The position numbers were made by a program, and so were the translations under genes. A stretch of 64,000 nt of DNA from Candidatus Giovannonibacteria bacterium RIFCSPLOWO2_02_FULL_45_28 (GTDB lineage Bacteria; Patescibacteriota; Minisyncoccia; UBA11713; 2-01-FULL-45-33), in assembly GCA_001780725.1 (NCBI GenBank), contig MFIM01000028.1, positions 10,368 through 74,367 on the forward strand. Reading direction: 5' to 3'. The notes under the pieces are model-generated. The model did not search any database. It was not told the origin of the DNA and worked only from the letters and a program-made list of their open reading frames with translations. Positions 1 to 8,735 of the stretch are shown here, piece by piece (the stretch's first letter is position 1; each line of letters starts with the position of its first letter).

Positions 1-300
1 ATTGATTTGTTTTGGCAACGGCAATTGTACTACAATTCCGGTGTTTTCTTTAATATGCACAATCTCTGCTAATTTCTTTCGTAATTCGTTGGTTGAAATA
101 TCAATGAGCAACCCGTAAACTCGAACATCAATCCCCACCGCGCTGCCAAATTTCTTTTTCTGCTCCAAAAATTTTTCAGCAACTTTGTCCTCGCCAACTT
201 TTATTACAGCTAGCCGTATTTTTTTATTTAATCTTAAAACCTCCGCTTTTAATTCGGCCTTAATTTCATCCGCCAATTTTTTCCCATCAATGATTGGCAT
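1..300 (-). CDS. folD: Bifunctional methylenetetrahydrofolate dehydrogenase/cyclohydrolase, N-terminal part (runs off window)
   Basis: Manual translation from ATG at 300: MPIIDGKKLADEIKAELK...GIVVQLPLPKQIN. Overlaps the glyA stop; not in the ORF track. Confidence 0.9.
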   Translation of the reverse strand, partial: MPIIDGKKLADEIKAELKAEVLRLNKKIRLAVIKVGEDKVAEKFLEQKKKFGSAVGIDVRVYGLLIDISTNELRKKLAEIVHIKENTGIVVQLPLPKQIN

Positions 301-1456
301 GCTTTTTTAAAATTTTATCTATTTTTATGGCAATTTTAATAATATCTTTTTCTTTCATTCCACTTGTCGTCACGGCTGCGGTGCCAATGCGTATGCCGGA
401 GGGATCAAACGGAGAGCGGGTGTCATAAGGAATGGTATTTTTATTTACAATAATTTTTTCTGCTTCCAAAAGCTCTTGCGCTGTCTTGCCAGAGAGTCCG
501 CGACCCCAAGTATCCACCAAAAACAAATGCGAATCTGTGCCGCCGGAAATAATCCGCCAGCCTCTTTTTTGAAGCTCTCGCGCCAAAACTCGCGCGTTTT
601 TTACTACTTGTCTCGCATGCTTTTTGAAATTCGGGCTCATGGCTTCTTTGAGACATACTGCAACCGCCGCAATCTGATTTATATGCGGCCCGCCCTGAAG
701 ACCAGGAAAAACCGATTTATTGACGGCTTCTGAAAACTCTTTTCTTAAAAAAATCATCGCAGCTCTCGGCCCTCTCAAGGTTTTGTGGGTTGTCGTTGTA
801 ACAATATCAGCGCATGGAAATGGGGGCGGATACGCGCCGCCCGCAACCAGCCCGGCGAAATGCGACATATCTATCATCAAAATCGCTTTTATTTCATCGC
901 AAATTTTCCGCAATTTTTTAAAATCAATAACTCGCGAATAAGCGGTAAATCCGGCCACTATCATTTTTGGTTTCTCGCGGCGGGCAATTTTGCGAATTTC
1001 ATCATAATCCAAAAGTTCCGTTTTTTTGCTTACTCCGAAGTGAATCCAGTTCCAAAGTTTTCCAGTCGTGCTCACCTTATGCCCATGCGTCAGGTGTCCG
1101 CCCGTTGAAAGCGACATCCCCACTATTTTTGCGCCGAGCGGTACAAGTGCCAGATAAACCGCGAGATTTGCGGGGGAGCCGGAATAAGGTTGGACGTTAA
1201 CTACCCATTTTTTATTTGGTAATTTAAAAAGTTTTAACGCGCGTTCTTTGGCCAGATTTTCAACTTTGTCAACAATCTCATTCCCGCCATAGTAGCGCTT
1301 GCCGGGATACCCTTCGGCGTATTTATTTGTAAAAACAGAACCCAAAGCCCGCAGAACATCTTTTGAAACATAATTTTCAGACGCGATTAAATTGATAGCG
1401 CCTCTCTGACGTTTTTCTTCCAACTTTATTAATCGCTCAATTTCTTTGTCTTTCAT
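287..1456 (-). CDS. glyA: Serine hydroxymethyltransferase
   Basis: LIASENY, YAEGYPGKRYYGG, TTTTHKTLRGPR (PLP lysine), PSGIRIGT. Confidence 0.98.
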   Translation of the reverse strand: MKDKEIERLIKLEEKRQRGAINLIASENYVSKDVLRALGSVFTNKYAEGYPGKRYYGGNEIVDKVENLAKERALKLFKLPNKKWVVNVQPYSGSPANLAVYLALVPLGAKIVGMSLSTGGHLTHGHKVSTTGKLWNWIHFGVSKKTELLDYDEIRKIARREKPKMIVAGFTAYSRVIDFKKLRKICDEIKAILMIDMSHFAGLVAGGAYPPPFPCADIVTTTTHKTLRGPRAAMIFLRKEFSEAVNKSVFPGLQGGPHINQIAAVAVCLKEAMSPNFKKHARQVVKNARVLARELQKRGWRIISGGTDSHLFLVDTWGRGLSGKTAQELLEAEKIIVNKNTIPYDTRSPFDPSGIRIGTAAVTTSGMKEKDIIKIAIKIDKILKKHANH

Positions 1457-1719
1457 TTAATTTTTTCTTTCTCGTTTAAGAACATCGTGCGTGCCAGCGC
1501 GGCGTAAAATTATCAAATTACCAGCGTGCTGAAAAGTAAAACGGTAATCGTGTGTAATTCTGGCGTACCAAATTTCCGTTCCGGGCAATTTTCTAGTTTG
1601 GAGTGATGGGTGCCGCAGTTACTTACCAAAAGTTTCAATGCTTTATCCAGAGCTTGCTGAATTTTGGCAGACAATTCGCCGTAGTCCCTTTTAAATGGCT
1701 CGGTAAAAAGCAAGCTCAC
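1457..1719 (-). pseudogene. RelE/ParE-superfamily toxin, frameshifted near 1620
   Basis: The first frame reads MSLLFTEPFKRDY...KLLVS. An alternative frame continues LRHPSLQTRKLPGTEIWYARITHDYRFTF...RRAGTHDVL to a TAA at 1457. Confidence 0.8.
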
Positions 1720-1733
1720 AAAATTTAGATCAA

Positions 1734-1991
1734 TTATCGTTTTTTCTTAAGAAACAAAAGGAGTTTTTTAGAATCAGAAAACGGCCCACTTAATTTTCCG
1801 GCGCGAATAGCCGTATCGGCTTCTAATTCTTTCTTTTGCCATTCAGGGGTCCAAAACCACTCCTCACCCTTTCTAATCTGAATGGCCTTTTTTAAAACAT
1901 TAAATTCTTCGTATTCTTTCTTCGGAATTAAAACCAGCTCCCTTTCTTTCTCAAGAGACTTAGGGTTGGGAATTGTTACAACTTGATTCAT
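1734..1991 (-). CDS. Putative antitoxin
   Basis: 85 aa with EEWFWTPEWQKKELEAD motif, directly upstream of the RelE-like gene. Confidence 0.75.
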   Translation of the reverse strand: MNQVVTIPNPKSLEKERELVLIPKKEYEEFNVLKKAIQIRKGEEWFWTPEWQKKELEADTAIRAGKLSGPFSDSKKLLLFLKKKR

Positions 1992-2033
1992 AAATTAAAT
2001 ATATCACACCCCACAAAAAAAGAAAGCCCTCAC

Positions 2034-3002
2034 TCACAAAAGCCGCGTCAATACCTTGGCGAGTTTTTGGCGCGGATTGTGGCGGATGAGGGGGCCGTCA
2101 TCCAAAAGGTCGGCTAGAATGTATTGGGGGTTTATTTTGTCAAACATTGGATGTTTGACAACTGGCGGCTCAACAAACTCCGCTCCTTCTTTTTTGTATC
2201 TTGCCAAAACCGCCTGCGGCGGTTTTTTGTTGTTAAAAATCACGAAATCCAAAACGCCGCGGCTTAAATATTTTTCCAACTCCGCCACAAAGTCTTCGGC
2301 CAGAAATCCCTGCGTTTCGCCGAATTTTGTCATAAGGTTGCAGACAAAAACTTTTTTGGCTTTGGATTTTTTGACTGCTTCCGGTATGCCGCCGACAATC
2401 AAATTAGGAATTAGGCTTGTATAAAGATCTCCTGGCCCGATAACAATAAGATCCGCCGCCAAAATCGCGCTTTTTGCCTCTGGGTTGATTCGCGCTTTGG
2501 GTTCCAGCCAAATTTTTTTGATCTTCGCGCGTATTTTCGTGCGCGGAATGTCTATATTCGCCTCTCCTTTTAAAATTTTTCCGTCAGCTAATTTTGCATA
2601 AAGCCTCACATTGTCTAAAGTAACCGGTAGCACGCCGCCCTTGATGTTTAAAATTTTGGACGCTTCGCTCACGGCGGAAGCAAAATTTCCGGTCAGCTTT
2701 TCCAGGGCGCTTAAAAAAATATTTCCGAAGCTGTGACCATCCAAATCGCCTCCGCCGAATCTGTAATTAAAAAGTTCTCTTAAGATTTCGCTAGACTCCG
2801 AAAGAGCAACCAGCGCCCTCCTTACGTCTCCCGGGGGCAGCACCCCATACTGATCGCGCAGTGTTCCGGTTGATCCGCCGTCATCAGCCATTGAAACAAT
2901 CGCGGTTAAATCAAGCCGGTATTCTTTAAGAGCAGAAAGCACCATAAATGTCCCGGTGCCGCCGCCGATTACCGCCACCTTGCATATTTTTTTATTAGGC
3001 AT
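2034..3002 (-). CDS. yvcK: YvcK/GlmR family UDP-GlcNAc-binding protein (CofD-like)
   Basis: IGGGTG, DDGGSTG, PPGDVRR, GHSFGN, GPGDLYTS. Confidence 0.92.
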   Translation of the reverse strand: MPNKKICKVAVIGGGTGTFMVLSALKEYRLDLTAIVSMADDGGSTGTLRDQYGVLPPGDVRRALVALSESSEILRELFNYRFGGGDLDGHSFGNIFLSALEKLTGNFASAVSEASKILNIKGGVLPVTLDNVRLYAKLADGKILKGEANIDIPRTKIRAKIKKIWLEPKARINPEAKSAILAADLIVIGPGDLYTSLIPNLIVGGIPEAVKKSKAKKVFVCNLMTKFGETQGFLAEDFVAELEKYLSRGVLDFVIFNNKKPPQAVLARYKKEGAEFVEPPVVKHPMFDKINPQYILADLLDDGPLIRHNPRQKLAKVLTRLL

Positions 3003-3040
3003 ATAACTATATTAGAACAAAATCAAAAAAGGAGAGTAAC

Positions 3041-3826
3041 ATGAGGCTGCGCCACGGACAACACAATGACTTAATTTCTTGGGAAAGCGAAATTTTGGGA
3101 AATGGCGTTTTACCTGTTGATGGGGCAAACGCGGAAAACTGCTATATTGAGGACACGATAAAGATAGGAGCTGGAACAAAAATATATCCGAATGTCATTA
3201 TTGTCGGCGAAGGATACATCGGAGAAGGAAGCGTTATCGGTCCCGGCAACCGTATTGAAAACCCCCGAATCGGCAAAGAGGTAAGAATGAAGCATTCTTG
3301 CGGCATAAGCCACGCCACAATAGATAATTTCACCAATGTAAGTGAATTCGTAACCATCGCCGACTTTGACGGAGTAGAAAAAAAAAGGACGTTCATTGGC
3401 TCAAAATGCATGATAGGAGTTCAAGTGAGAATTATGGGCGGCTCGCAAATAGAAGAAGAGTGTTTCGTCGCCGACGGAGCGCGCGTATCCGGATTTCTTT
3501 CTCCGCGAACCTATTTCAACTCCGAGAAAGCCTTAAAAGATCCTCAATACAGCGCGTATCACACGAATTGCGCATGGTACCTGGCTGGTTATTATCTCGC
3601 TATGCAATCTGCGGTCTTTCCTGACGAGCGCGCAGAATTCATCGAGAAAATCATGAAGCGGTGCGGGGGCGACGAAGAAATTTTTAAAAAGTGGCTCAAA
3701 ACCCCAATCATGCACATGGGCGGGCAAACGCCGCTGAAAAGCCTGAAAAAAGAAGGCGGGAAGGCAATCAAATGTCTCCTCGGAGAATGCATGCACGGCG
3801 TGCCGGAAAAAAGCGCTCAAACTTGA
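3041..3826 (+). CDS. Hexapeptide-repeat (GlmU acetyltransferase-like) protein with C-terminal Xre/MbcA/ParS-like domain
   Basis: Left-handed beta-helix repeats and ADFDGVEKKRTFIG (cf. GlmU NYDGxxKHxTxIG). C-terminus KWLKTPIMHMGGQTPL. SD AAGGAG. Confidence 0.65.
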   Translation: MRLRHGQHNDLISWESEILGNGVLPVDGANAENCYIEDTIKIGAGTKIYPNVIIVGEGYIGEGSVIGPGNRIENPRIGKEVRMKHSCGISHATIDNFTNVSEFVTIADFDGVEKKRTFIGSKCMIGVQVRIMGGSQIEEECFVADGARVSGFLSPRTYFNSEKALKDPQYSAYHTNCAWYLAGYYLAMQSAVFPDERAEFIEKIMKRCGGDEEIFKKWLKTPIMHMGGQTPLKSLKKEGGKAIKCLLGECMHGVPEKSAQT

Positions 3827-3835
3827 GCGCTTTTT
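3807..3835. terminator. Bidirectional intrinsic terminator
   Basis: AAAAAGCGCTCAA-AC-TTGAGCGCTTTTT between convergent genes. Confidence 0.75.
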
Positions 3836-3841
3836 AAATTT

Positions 3842-4558
3842 TTATAATCCCGCGCCCCATGACACCTCTGGTATTTCTTCCCTACGGCGCAGAATTTCTT
3901 CGGCCTTTTTTAAATCTTCCGGATAGCCGATGGGGAGCCAAAAATCGGCCCTGACGGCAATAACCGCATGATCTTTGGCGAGTCTAGCCAAAGAGTCGGT
4001 AATATAATATTCGCCGTTTTCGTGTTTCCTTGCTGGATAATTAAAAATCCGGCCGTCTAAAACCTTAACTCCGGTGGATGCGAGTTTAGAAATCGGAAAT
4101 TCTGGTTTTTCCACCAAATCCAAAACTCTCCCTTTCTCGTCCGCAATGATGACTCCGAATCTTCGTGGATCCTCTACCTCTTTAACCATTATTGAAAGCG
4201 GATGCGCCAAACATTTCTTTATATCTTCTTTGGATTGCAAATCGTCTGCGTAAAGCATTAAAAATCTCTCTTCTCCCAAAAGATCCTTACAAAGCCAAAG
4301 GCCGTGGGCAGTGCCCAATTTTTCTGCCTGATGGACATAATTAATTTTAAAACGCCCGAAACGACAGCCGAAATAATTTTTTATCTGATCGCCCTTATAT
4401 CCGACAACTAAAATAATTTCGTTTATCTCCTCTGGCATTGAATCTAAAATGTGATGCAGCAGAGGCTTACCTAAAACTTCAATCATGGGTTTCGGCCGAC
4501 TCTCCGTCAACGGCCTCATCCTAATTCCCTCTCCCGCGGCTAAAATAACGGCTTTCAT
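3842..4558 (-). CDS. Sugar-1-phosphate nucleotidyltransferase
   Basis: ILAAGEGIRMRPLT..RPKPM, EKLGTA, VEKP. Confidence 0.92.
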   Translation of the reverse strand: MKAVILAAGEGIRMRPLTESRPKPMIEVLGKPLLHHILDSMPEEINEIILVVGYKGDQIKNYFGCRFGRFKINYVHQAEKLGTAHGLWLCKDLLGEERFLMLYADDLQSKEDIKKCLAHPLSIMVKEVEDPRRFGVIIADEKGRVLDLVEKPEFPISKLASTGVKVLDGRIFNYPARKHENGEYYITDSLARLAKDHAVIAVRADFWLPIGYPEDLKKAEEILRRREEIPEVSWGAGL

Positions 4559-4840
4559 GTGCTAAATAATACTTTTTTCAACTCACATGTGTTTCCTTGC
4601 CGCACCAACCCAAGATACGAATTGGTCATCGCTGGATTTGTTTTTTCGGCCACGTTTTTAATCATCTTTTAAATTTTCGCACAAAAACTCTCTGATGGGT
4701 TTGATTTGCCTTTCGAGCCATATGTGGTCAATGCTGGCAAAAAATTTCCTGATGTCACATTTCAAAATCAAGCAGGTTTTGGTGTTGTTTTTGCTGACTT
4801 TGTATCCAAACTCCCCAAACCTGTTTATGGCTTTATGTGA
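4555..4840 (-). pseudogene. Internally deleted reverse transcriptase remnant (DGR/group II-related type)
   Basis: Minus strand reads HKAINRFGEFGYKVSKNNTKTCLILKCDIRKFFASIDH / WLERQIKPIREFLCENLK / KMIKNV, then after a frameshift NSYLGLVRQGN. No start codon and no YADD. Confidence 0.75.
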
Positions 4841-5635
4841 TTATTCACCAGACTCACCTTTTATCAAAAGGTGCTGGGTCAACCCCGACCAGTCCTCTAA
4901 AGAAAGCTCCTCGGGGCGTCTATTGAATCTTGAATCATGAAGCATGAAGCTCGAATCACGCGTTTCATGTTTAATGTTACATGTTACATGTTTTAGGGAG
5001 TGGCGGAGCATTTTGCGCTTTTGCTGGAAGGCGATTTTGGCCAGCGCGAGGATTTGCTCCGACTTAGACGTCGGACGTCTAAGTGAAATTTTAATTATCG
5101 CCGAATCAACTTTTGGCGGAGGTGAAAATTGGCCTTTTGACACTTTGCGGATTATTTCAGGTTTTGCATAAAGTTGGACGGAAAGAGCCAAAAGATTCAT
5201 TTTCGGAGGTTTTGCGCAAATACGTTCCGCAACTTCTTTTTGGACCATCAGAACCATCAGTTTTGACCCAAACTCGGTTTGGGACAAAAATAGGCGTAAA
5301 AAACGGGAGGTGATGTAGTAGGGAAGGTTGGCGACCACTTTAAAATTTCCAATTTTCACTTTCCAATTTTCAATTTTTAAAATATCACCCTGAATTATCT
5401 CAACATTTTTATAATTTCGGAACCGCTCTCGCAAAATGGGAATTAATTCGCGGTCTTTTTCCACGGCAATAACCTTTTTGGCGCGCGCGGCCAAAATTTC
5501 CGTGAGTGATCCCAAACCCGGCCCCACTTCCAAAACAATATCGTTTTTGGAAATCTCCGCGGCGCGCGCCATTTCCTCCAAAATTTTTTTATTATTTAAA
5601 AAATGCTGGCCAAGGTGTTTTTTTCTATTCAACAT
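4841..5635 (-). CDS. rsmA: 16S rRNA adenine dimethyltransferase
   Basis: LGQHFL, EVGPGLG, VANLPYYIT, QKEVAERI, PPPKVDS; carries several repeat-derived inserts. Confidence 0.96.
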   Translation of the reverse strand: MLNRKKHLGQHFLNNKKILEEMARAAEISKNDIVLEVGPGLGSLTEILAARAKKVIAVEKDRELIPILRERFRNYKNVEIIQGDILKIENWKVKIGNFKVVANLPYYITSRFLRLFLSQTEFGSKLMVLMVQKEVAERICAKPPKMNLLALSVQLYAKPEIIRKVSKGQFSPPPKVDSAIIKISLRRPTSKSEQILALAKIAFQQKRKMLRHSLKHVTCNIKHETRDSSFMLHDSRFNRRPEELSLEDWSGLTQHLLIKGESGE

Positions 5636-7493
5636 ATATATCTTCTTCTATTTCTTCGGGTTTATTTATATAAACCAGCAAGTGCTCCGGAATTTCAGCC
5701 AAAAACCGGGAAGGCTTGTTTGATGCTCTCTCACCGAAAATAATGCGCTGCGACGCGCAAGTAAGGTAAAGACGGTTTTTCGCGCGAGTCATCGCAACAT
5801 AGCACAGCCTCCTCTCTTCTTCTATATTCGCCGGTTCAAATGATAATATGTGCGGGAAAAGGCCTTCTTCCAAACCGACCACAAACACGGCTTCAAATTC
5901 CAAACCTTTCGCCGCGTGCATGGTCATTAAGTTGACTCTGCCGGTTTGGGAATCGTATCTATCATCAATCGCAAAAAGAGAAACGTGTTCTAAAAATTTA
6001 TCAACATCTTCCATTTGTTGCGCGAGGCCCAGCAATTCTTCTATGTTTTGCCACCTTTCCACTCCTTTTTCTGTGCCATCGTTAACATATTCGCGGTAGC
6101 CGATTTTGTGAATTATTTTTTTTAAAAATTCGTGCGGTTTCGTTCCGGCGCTCTCCGCGCGCAAACTTTCTATTAATTCGTCAAAATTTATCTTTTTTTT
6201 CTTGCGCGGAGGGACATTGGCGATTCTTTTATAGCTTATTTCATCGGCCGGATTTTGGATAAGCCGCAGATAAGCGACTAAATCTTTTATTTCTCGCCTT
6301 TCGTAAAAACGCACGCCGCCGATTATTTTATAAGGAATATTGCTGGCCAGAAAAACTTCTTCCAGCGCCCGCGATTGCGCGTTGGTCCGATAAAGAATAG
6401 CTATTTCCCCGGAGGGGATTTTGTCTTTCTGCATGGACGAAATTTCCGATGCCACCAGCTCTGCCTCGCGTTTTCCATTTTCCGCGAAAATCACGCGGAT
6501 TTGGCGCGAGCCCTGCCGCTTGGTCCAAAGATTTTTTGGCAGCCGCATTTTATTACGGACAATAACGGCGTTGGCCGCTTCCAAAATTATGTCCGTTGAA
6601 CGGTAATTTTCTTCCAAAGTAATTATTTTGGTTTCGGGATAATCTTTTTGGAAATTAAGGATATTTCTGAAATCCGCCCCGCGCCATGAATATATTGCCT
6701 GATCAACGTCGCCCACAACCAAAATGTTGCGGTGCCCGCCAGCCAAAAGCTTGGAGAGAACATATTGGACTTCGTTCGTGTCCTGATACTCGTCAATGTG
6801 TATGTAGCGCCAGCGCTCTTGGTATTTTTTTGATAAATCTGCGTCGCGCATAAGCAGCCGTGTCGGACGGAGCAGTAGATCGTCAAAATCCAGCAGGTTT
6901 TGTTTTTTGGTTTTTTCTTCATAGAGCAGCCAAACTTTTCCCAGCTGTCTTTCAAAAAAACTGCCCGCCTCGCCGTCGGGCGGGTTTTCTACAAATTCTC
7001 CCACCGATATTAGCTGGTTTTTAAGTCGCGAAATTTTATTTTTAATTCTTGAAGGATCAAATTCTTTCGGGTCAATTTTAAGTTCCAGCAAACATTCTTT
7101 TATTAATTTCAGCGAATCATCCTCGTCTAAAATGGTGAAATTTTTTCTAACCCCGATTTTTTCCAAATTCTCCCGTATTATCAAAAGTCCGAGCGCGTGA
7201 AATGTTCCTATGAATGGTTTGGAAATTGGAAATTGTAAATTGGAAATTGCGCGAATTGGCTCAATTCGCGTTCTCATTTCCCCAGCCGCCTTATTGGTGA
7301 AAGTAACGGCTAAAATTTTTTCCGGTCTCGCGCCTTTTGCTATCAGATATTTAATTCGTTCGGTGATAACCTTGGTTTTTCCGGCGCCGGCTCCTGCAAT
7401 CACCAAAACCGGCCCTTCGGTCGCTTCCACCGCCTCTTTTTGTTTGGAATTTAGCTTGTCTGCCGAAGAGGCGGGAGTTTCTTTGTCGGCCAT
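5625..7493 (-). CDS. pcrA: UvrD/PcrA ATP-dependent DNA helicase
   Basis: AGAGAGKT, TFTNKAA, DEYQD, GDVDQAIY, HAAKGLEF, EEERRLCYV. Confidence 0.95.
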   Translation of the reverse strand: MADKETPASSADKLNSKQKEAVEATEGPVLVIAGAGAGKTKVITERIKYLIAKGARPEKILAVTFTNKAAGEMRTRIEPIRAISNLQFPISKPFIGTFHALGLLIIRENLEKIGVRKNFTILDEDDSLKLIKECLLELKIDPKEFDPSRIKNKISRLKNQLISVGEFVENPPDGEAGSFFERQLGKVWLLYEEKTKKQNLLDFDDLLLRPTRLLMRDADLSKKYQERWRYIHIDEYQDTNEVQYVLSKLLAGGHRNILVVGDVDQAIYSWRGADFRNILNFQKDYPETKIITLEENYRSTDIILEAANAVIVRNKMRLPKNLWTKRQGSRQIRVIFAENGKREAELVASEISSMQKDKIPSGEIAILYRTNAQSRALEEVFLASNIPYKIIGGVRFYERREIKDLVAYLRLIQNPADEISYKRIANVPPRKKKKINFDELIESLRAESAGTKPHEFLKKIIHKIGYREYVNDGTEKGVERWQNIEELLGLAQQMEDVDKFLEHVSLFAIDDRYDSQTGRVNLMTMHAAKGLEFEAVFVVGLEEGLFPHILSFEPANIEEERRLCYVAMTRAKNRLYLTCASQRIIFGERASNKPSRFLAEIPEHLLVYINKPEEIEEDIYVE

Positions 7494-7686
7494 GGGAGTA
7501 TGATAGCAATTTTGGCGGCTGTGGACATCTTTTTGTACAAGGTTGATTTGGGGGTGTGGAGGTGCTAGTATGTAATTACTGGTCGAGCCAGAAGCGATTG
7601 GCTAAAAACTGTTGCAGGATAAGGGTTTTTCCATTATTTAGACTTTAAGTTTTCATAACATTTTAAATAGAACGCATCTTAAAAGG

Positions 7687-8679
7687 GTGTTTTTGCCCGT
7701 TTTGGGCGTTTTTTTGCTTGCCGTGATTTGGGGATCTTTTACATTAACCGCTCACGCAAGCTTTTTATCATTTTTGAGCAAACTTTTGGCTGGCACTGAA
7801 GACAGCCAATCTTCTTATAATTCCCAGAATGTTCCCCTTCTAAGAGCTCCCAATGCGCTTGACCCCAAGGCTGCGACTGGAGGTGCGGTTATAAATCTGG
7901 TGGAAAATTCCTCTATTTTGCCTGTTATGGGCCCGATGGGAAGTATTGCTGACGCAGAAATGTATAAATTGGATCAGATTACTACTTATACGGTCAGGGG
8001 CGGCGACACGCTTTCCAAAATAGCAGACATGTTTGATATCAGCGTAGCTACAATTTATTGGGCCAACGATCTTAAACGCGGCGATTTGATAAAAACGGGG
8101 GATGTTTTGGTTATTTTGCCCATAACCGGATTGCAATATACGGTCAAAAAGGGAGATACAATTAAAACCGTCGCGGCCAAATACAAAAGCGACGCTCAGG
8201 AAATCATTGCTTATAATGATCTGCCCGCAGACGGTTCATTGGAAGAGGGTACGACAATTATTATTCCTGACGCGGAGCTTGCGGCTCCGCCGCAGCAGAC
8301 GGCTAGGCTGCGCGGATCTGGCGGTCCGGCGATATCCGGATACTTTATACGGCCGATTACCGGCGGGAGGAAATCGCAGGGACTCCACGGATTTAACGGA
8401 GTTGATTTGGCTGATAGTTGCGGAACGCCGATTTATGCTTCCGCTGGCGGCACCGTTTTGGTTGCGCGCACGCAGGGGTGGAACGGAGGATACGGCAGAT
8501 ATGTTGTTATTGCGCATCCCAACGGCACACAGACTGTCTATGCGCACTTGTCAGGCGTTTTTGCTTCTGTCGGGCAAAGCGTTGGCCAAGGCTTGATGAT
8601 AGGAACCATAGGTTCCACAGGTAACTCAACCGGCTGCCATGTACACTTTGAAGTCCGAGGCGCCCGACAGCCGTTTTAA
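7687..8679 (+). CDS. LysM-domain M23 peptidase
   Basis: Signal peptide, two LysM repeats (YTVRGGDTL, YTVKKGDTI), HGFNGVD, YAHL, HVHFEV. Confidence 0.93.
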   Translation: MFLPVLGVFLLAVIWGSFTLTAHASFLSFLSKLLAGTEDSQSSYNSQNVPLLRAPNALDPKAATGGAVINLVENSSILPVMGPMGSIADAEMYKLDQITTYTVRGGDTLSKIADMFDISVATIYWANDLKRGDLIKTGDVLVILPITGLQYTVKKGDTIKTVAAKYKSDAQEIIAYNDLPADGSLEEGTTIIIPDAELAAPPQQTARLRGSGGPAISGYFIRPITGGRKSQGLHGFNGVDLADSCGTPIYASAGGTVLVARTQGWNGGYGRYVVIAHPNGTQTVYAHLSGVFASVGQSVGQGLMIGTIGSTGNSTGCHVHFEVRGARQPF

Positions 8680-8703
8680 TGGTTGCCGAATCGGGTTTTG
8701 GTT

Positions 8704-8720
8704 GCTAAGATGGCGGCAGA
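8704..8720 (+). promoter_or_regulatory. GCTA-N9-YAGA promoter-like motif (representative copy)
   Basis: The same exactly spaced motif occurs at 9894, 18330, 21745, 32777, 34054, 35748, 37586, 38943, 62709 and on the minus strand at 42371-42387. Confidence 0.7.
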
Positions 8721-8735
8721 CTGAAAGGTGCGGCG

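Noticed and set aside
4695-4940. 81 aa plus-strand ORF
   Set aside because: It is the antisense shadow of the RT remnant and the rsmA end.
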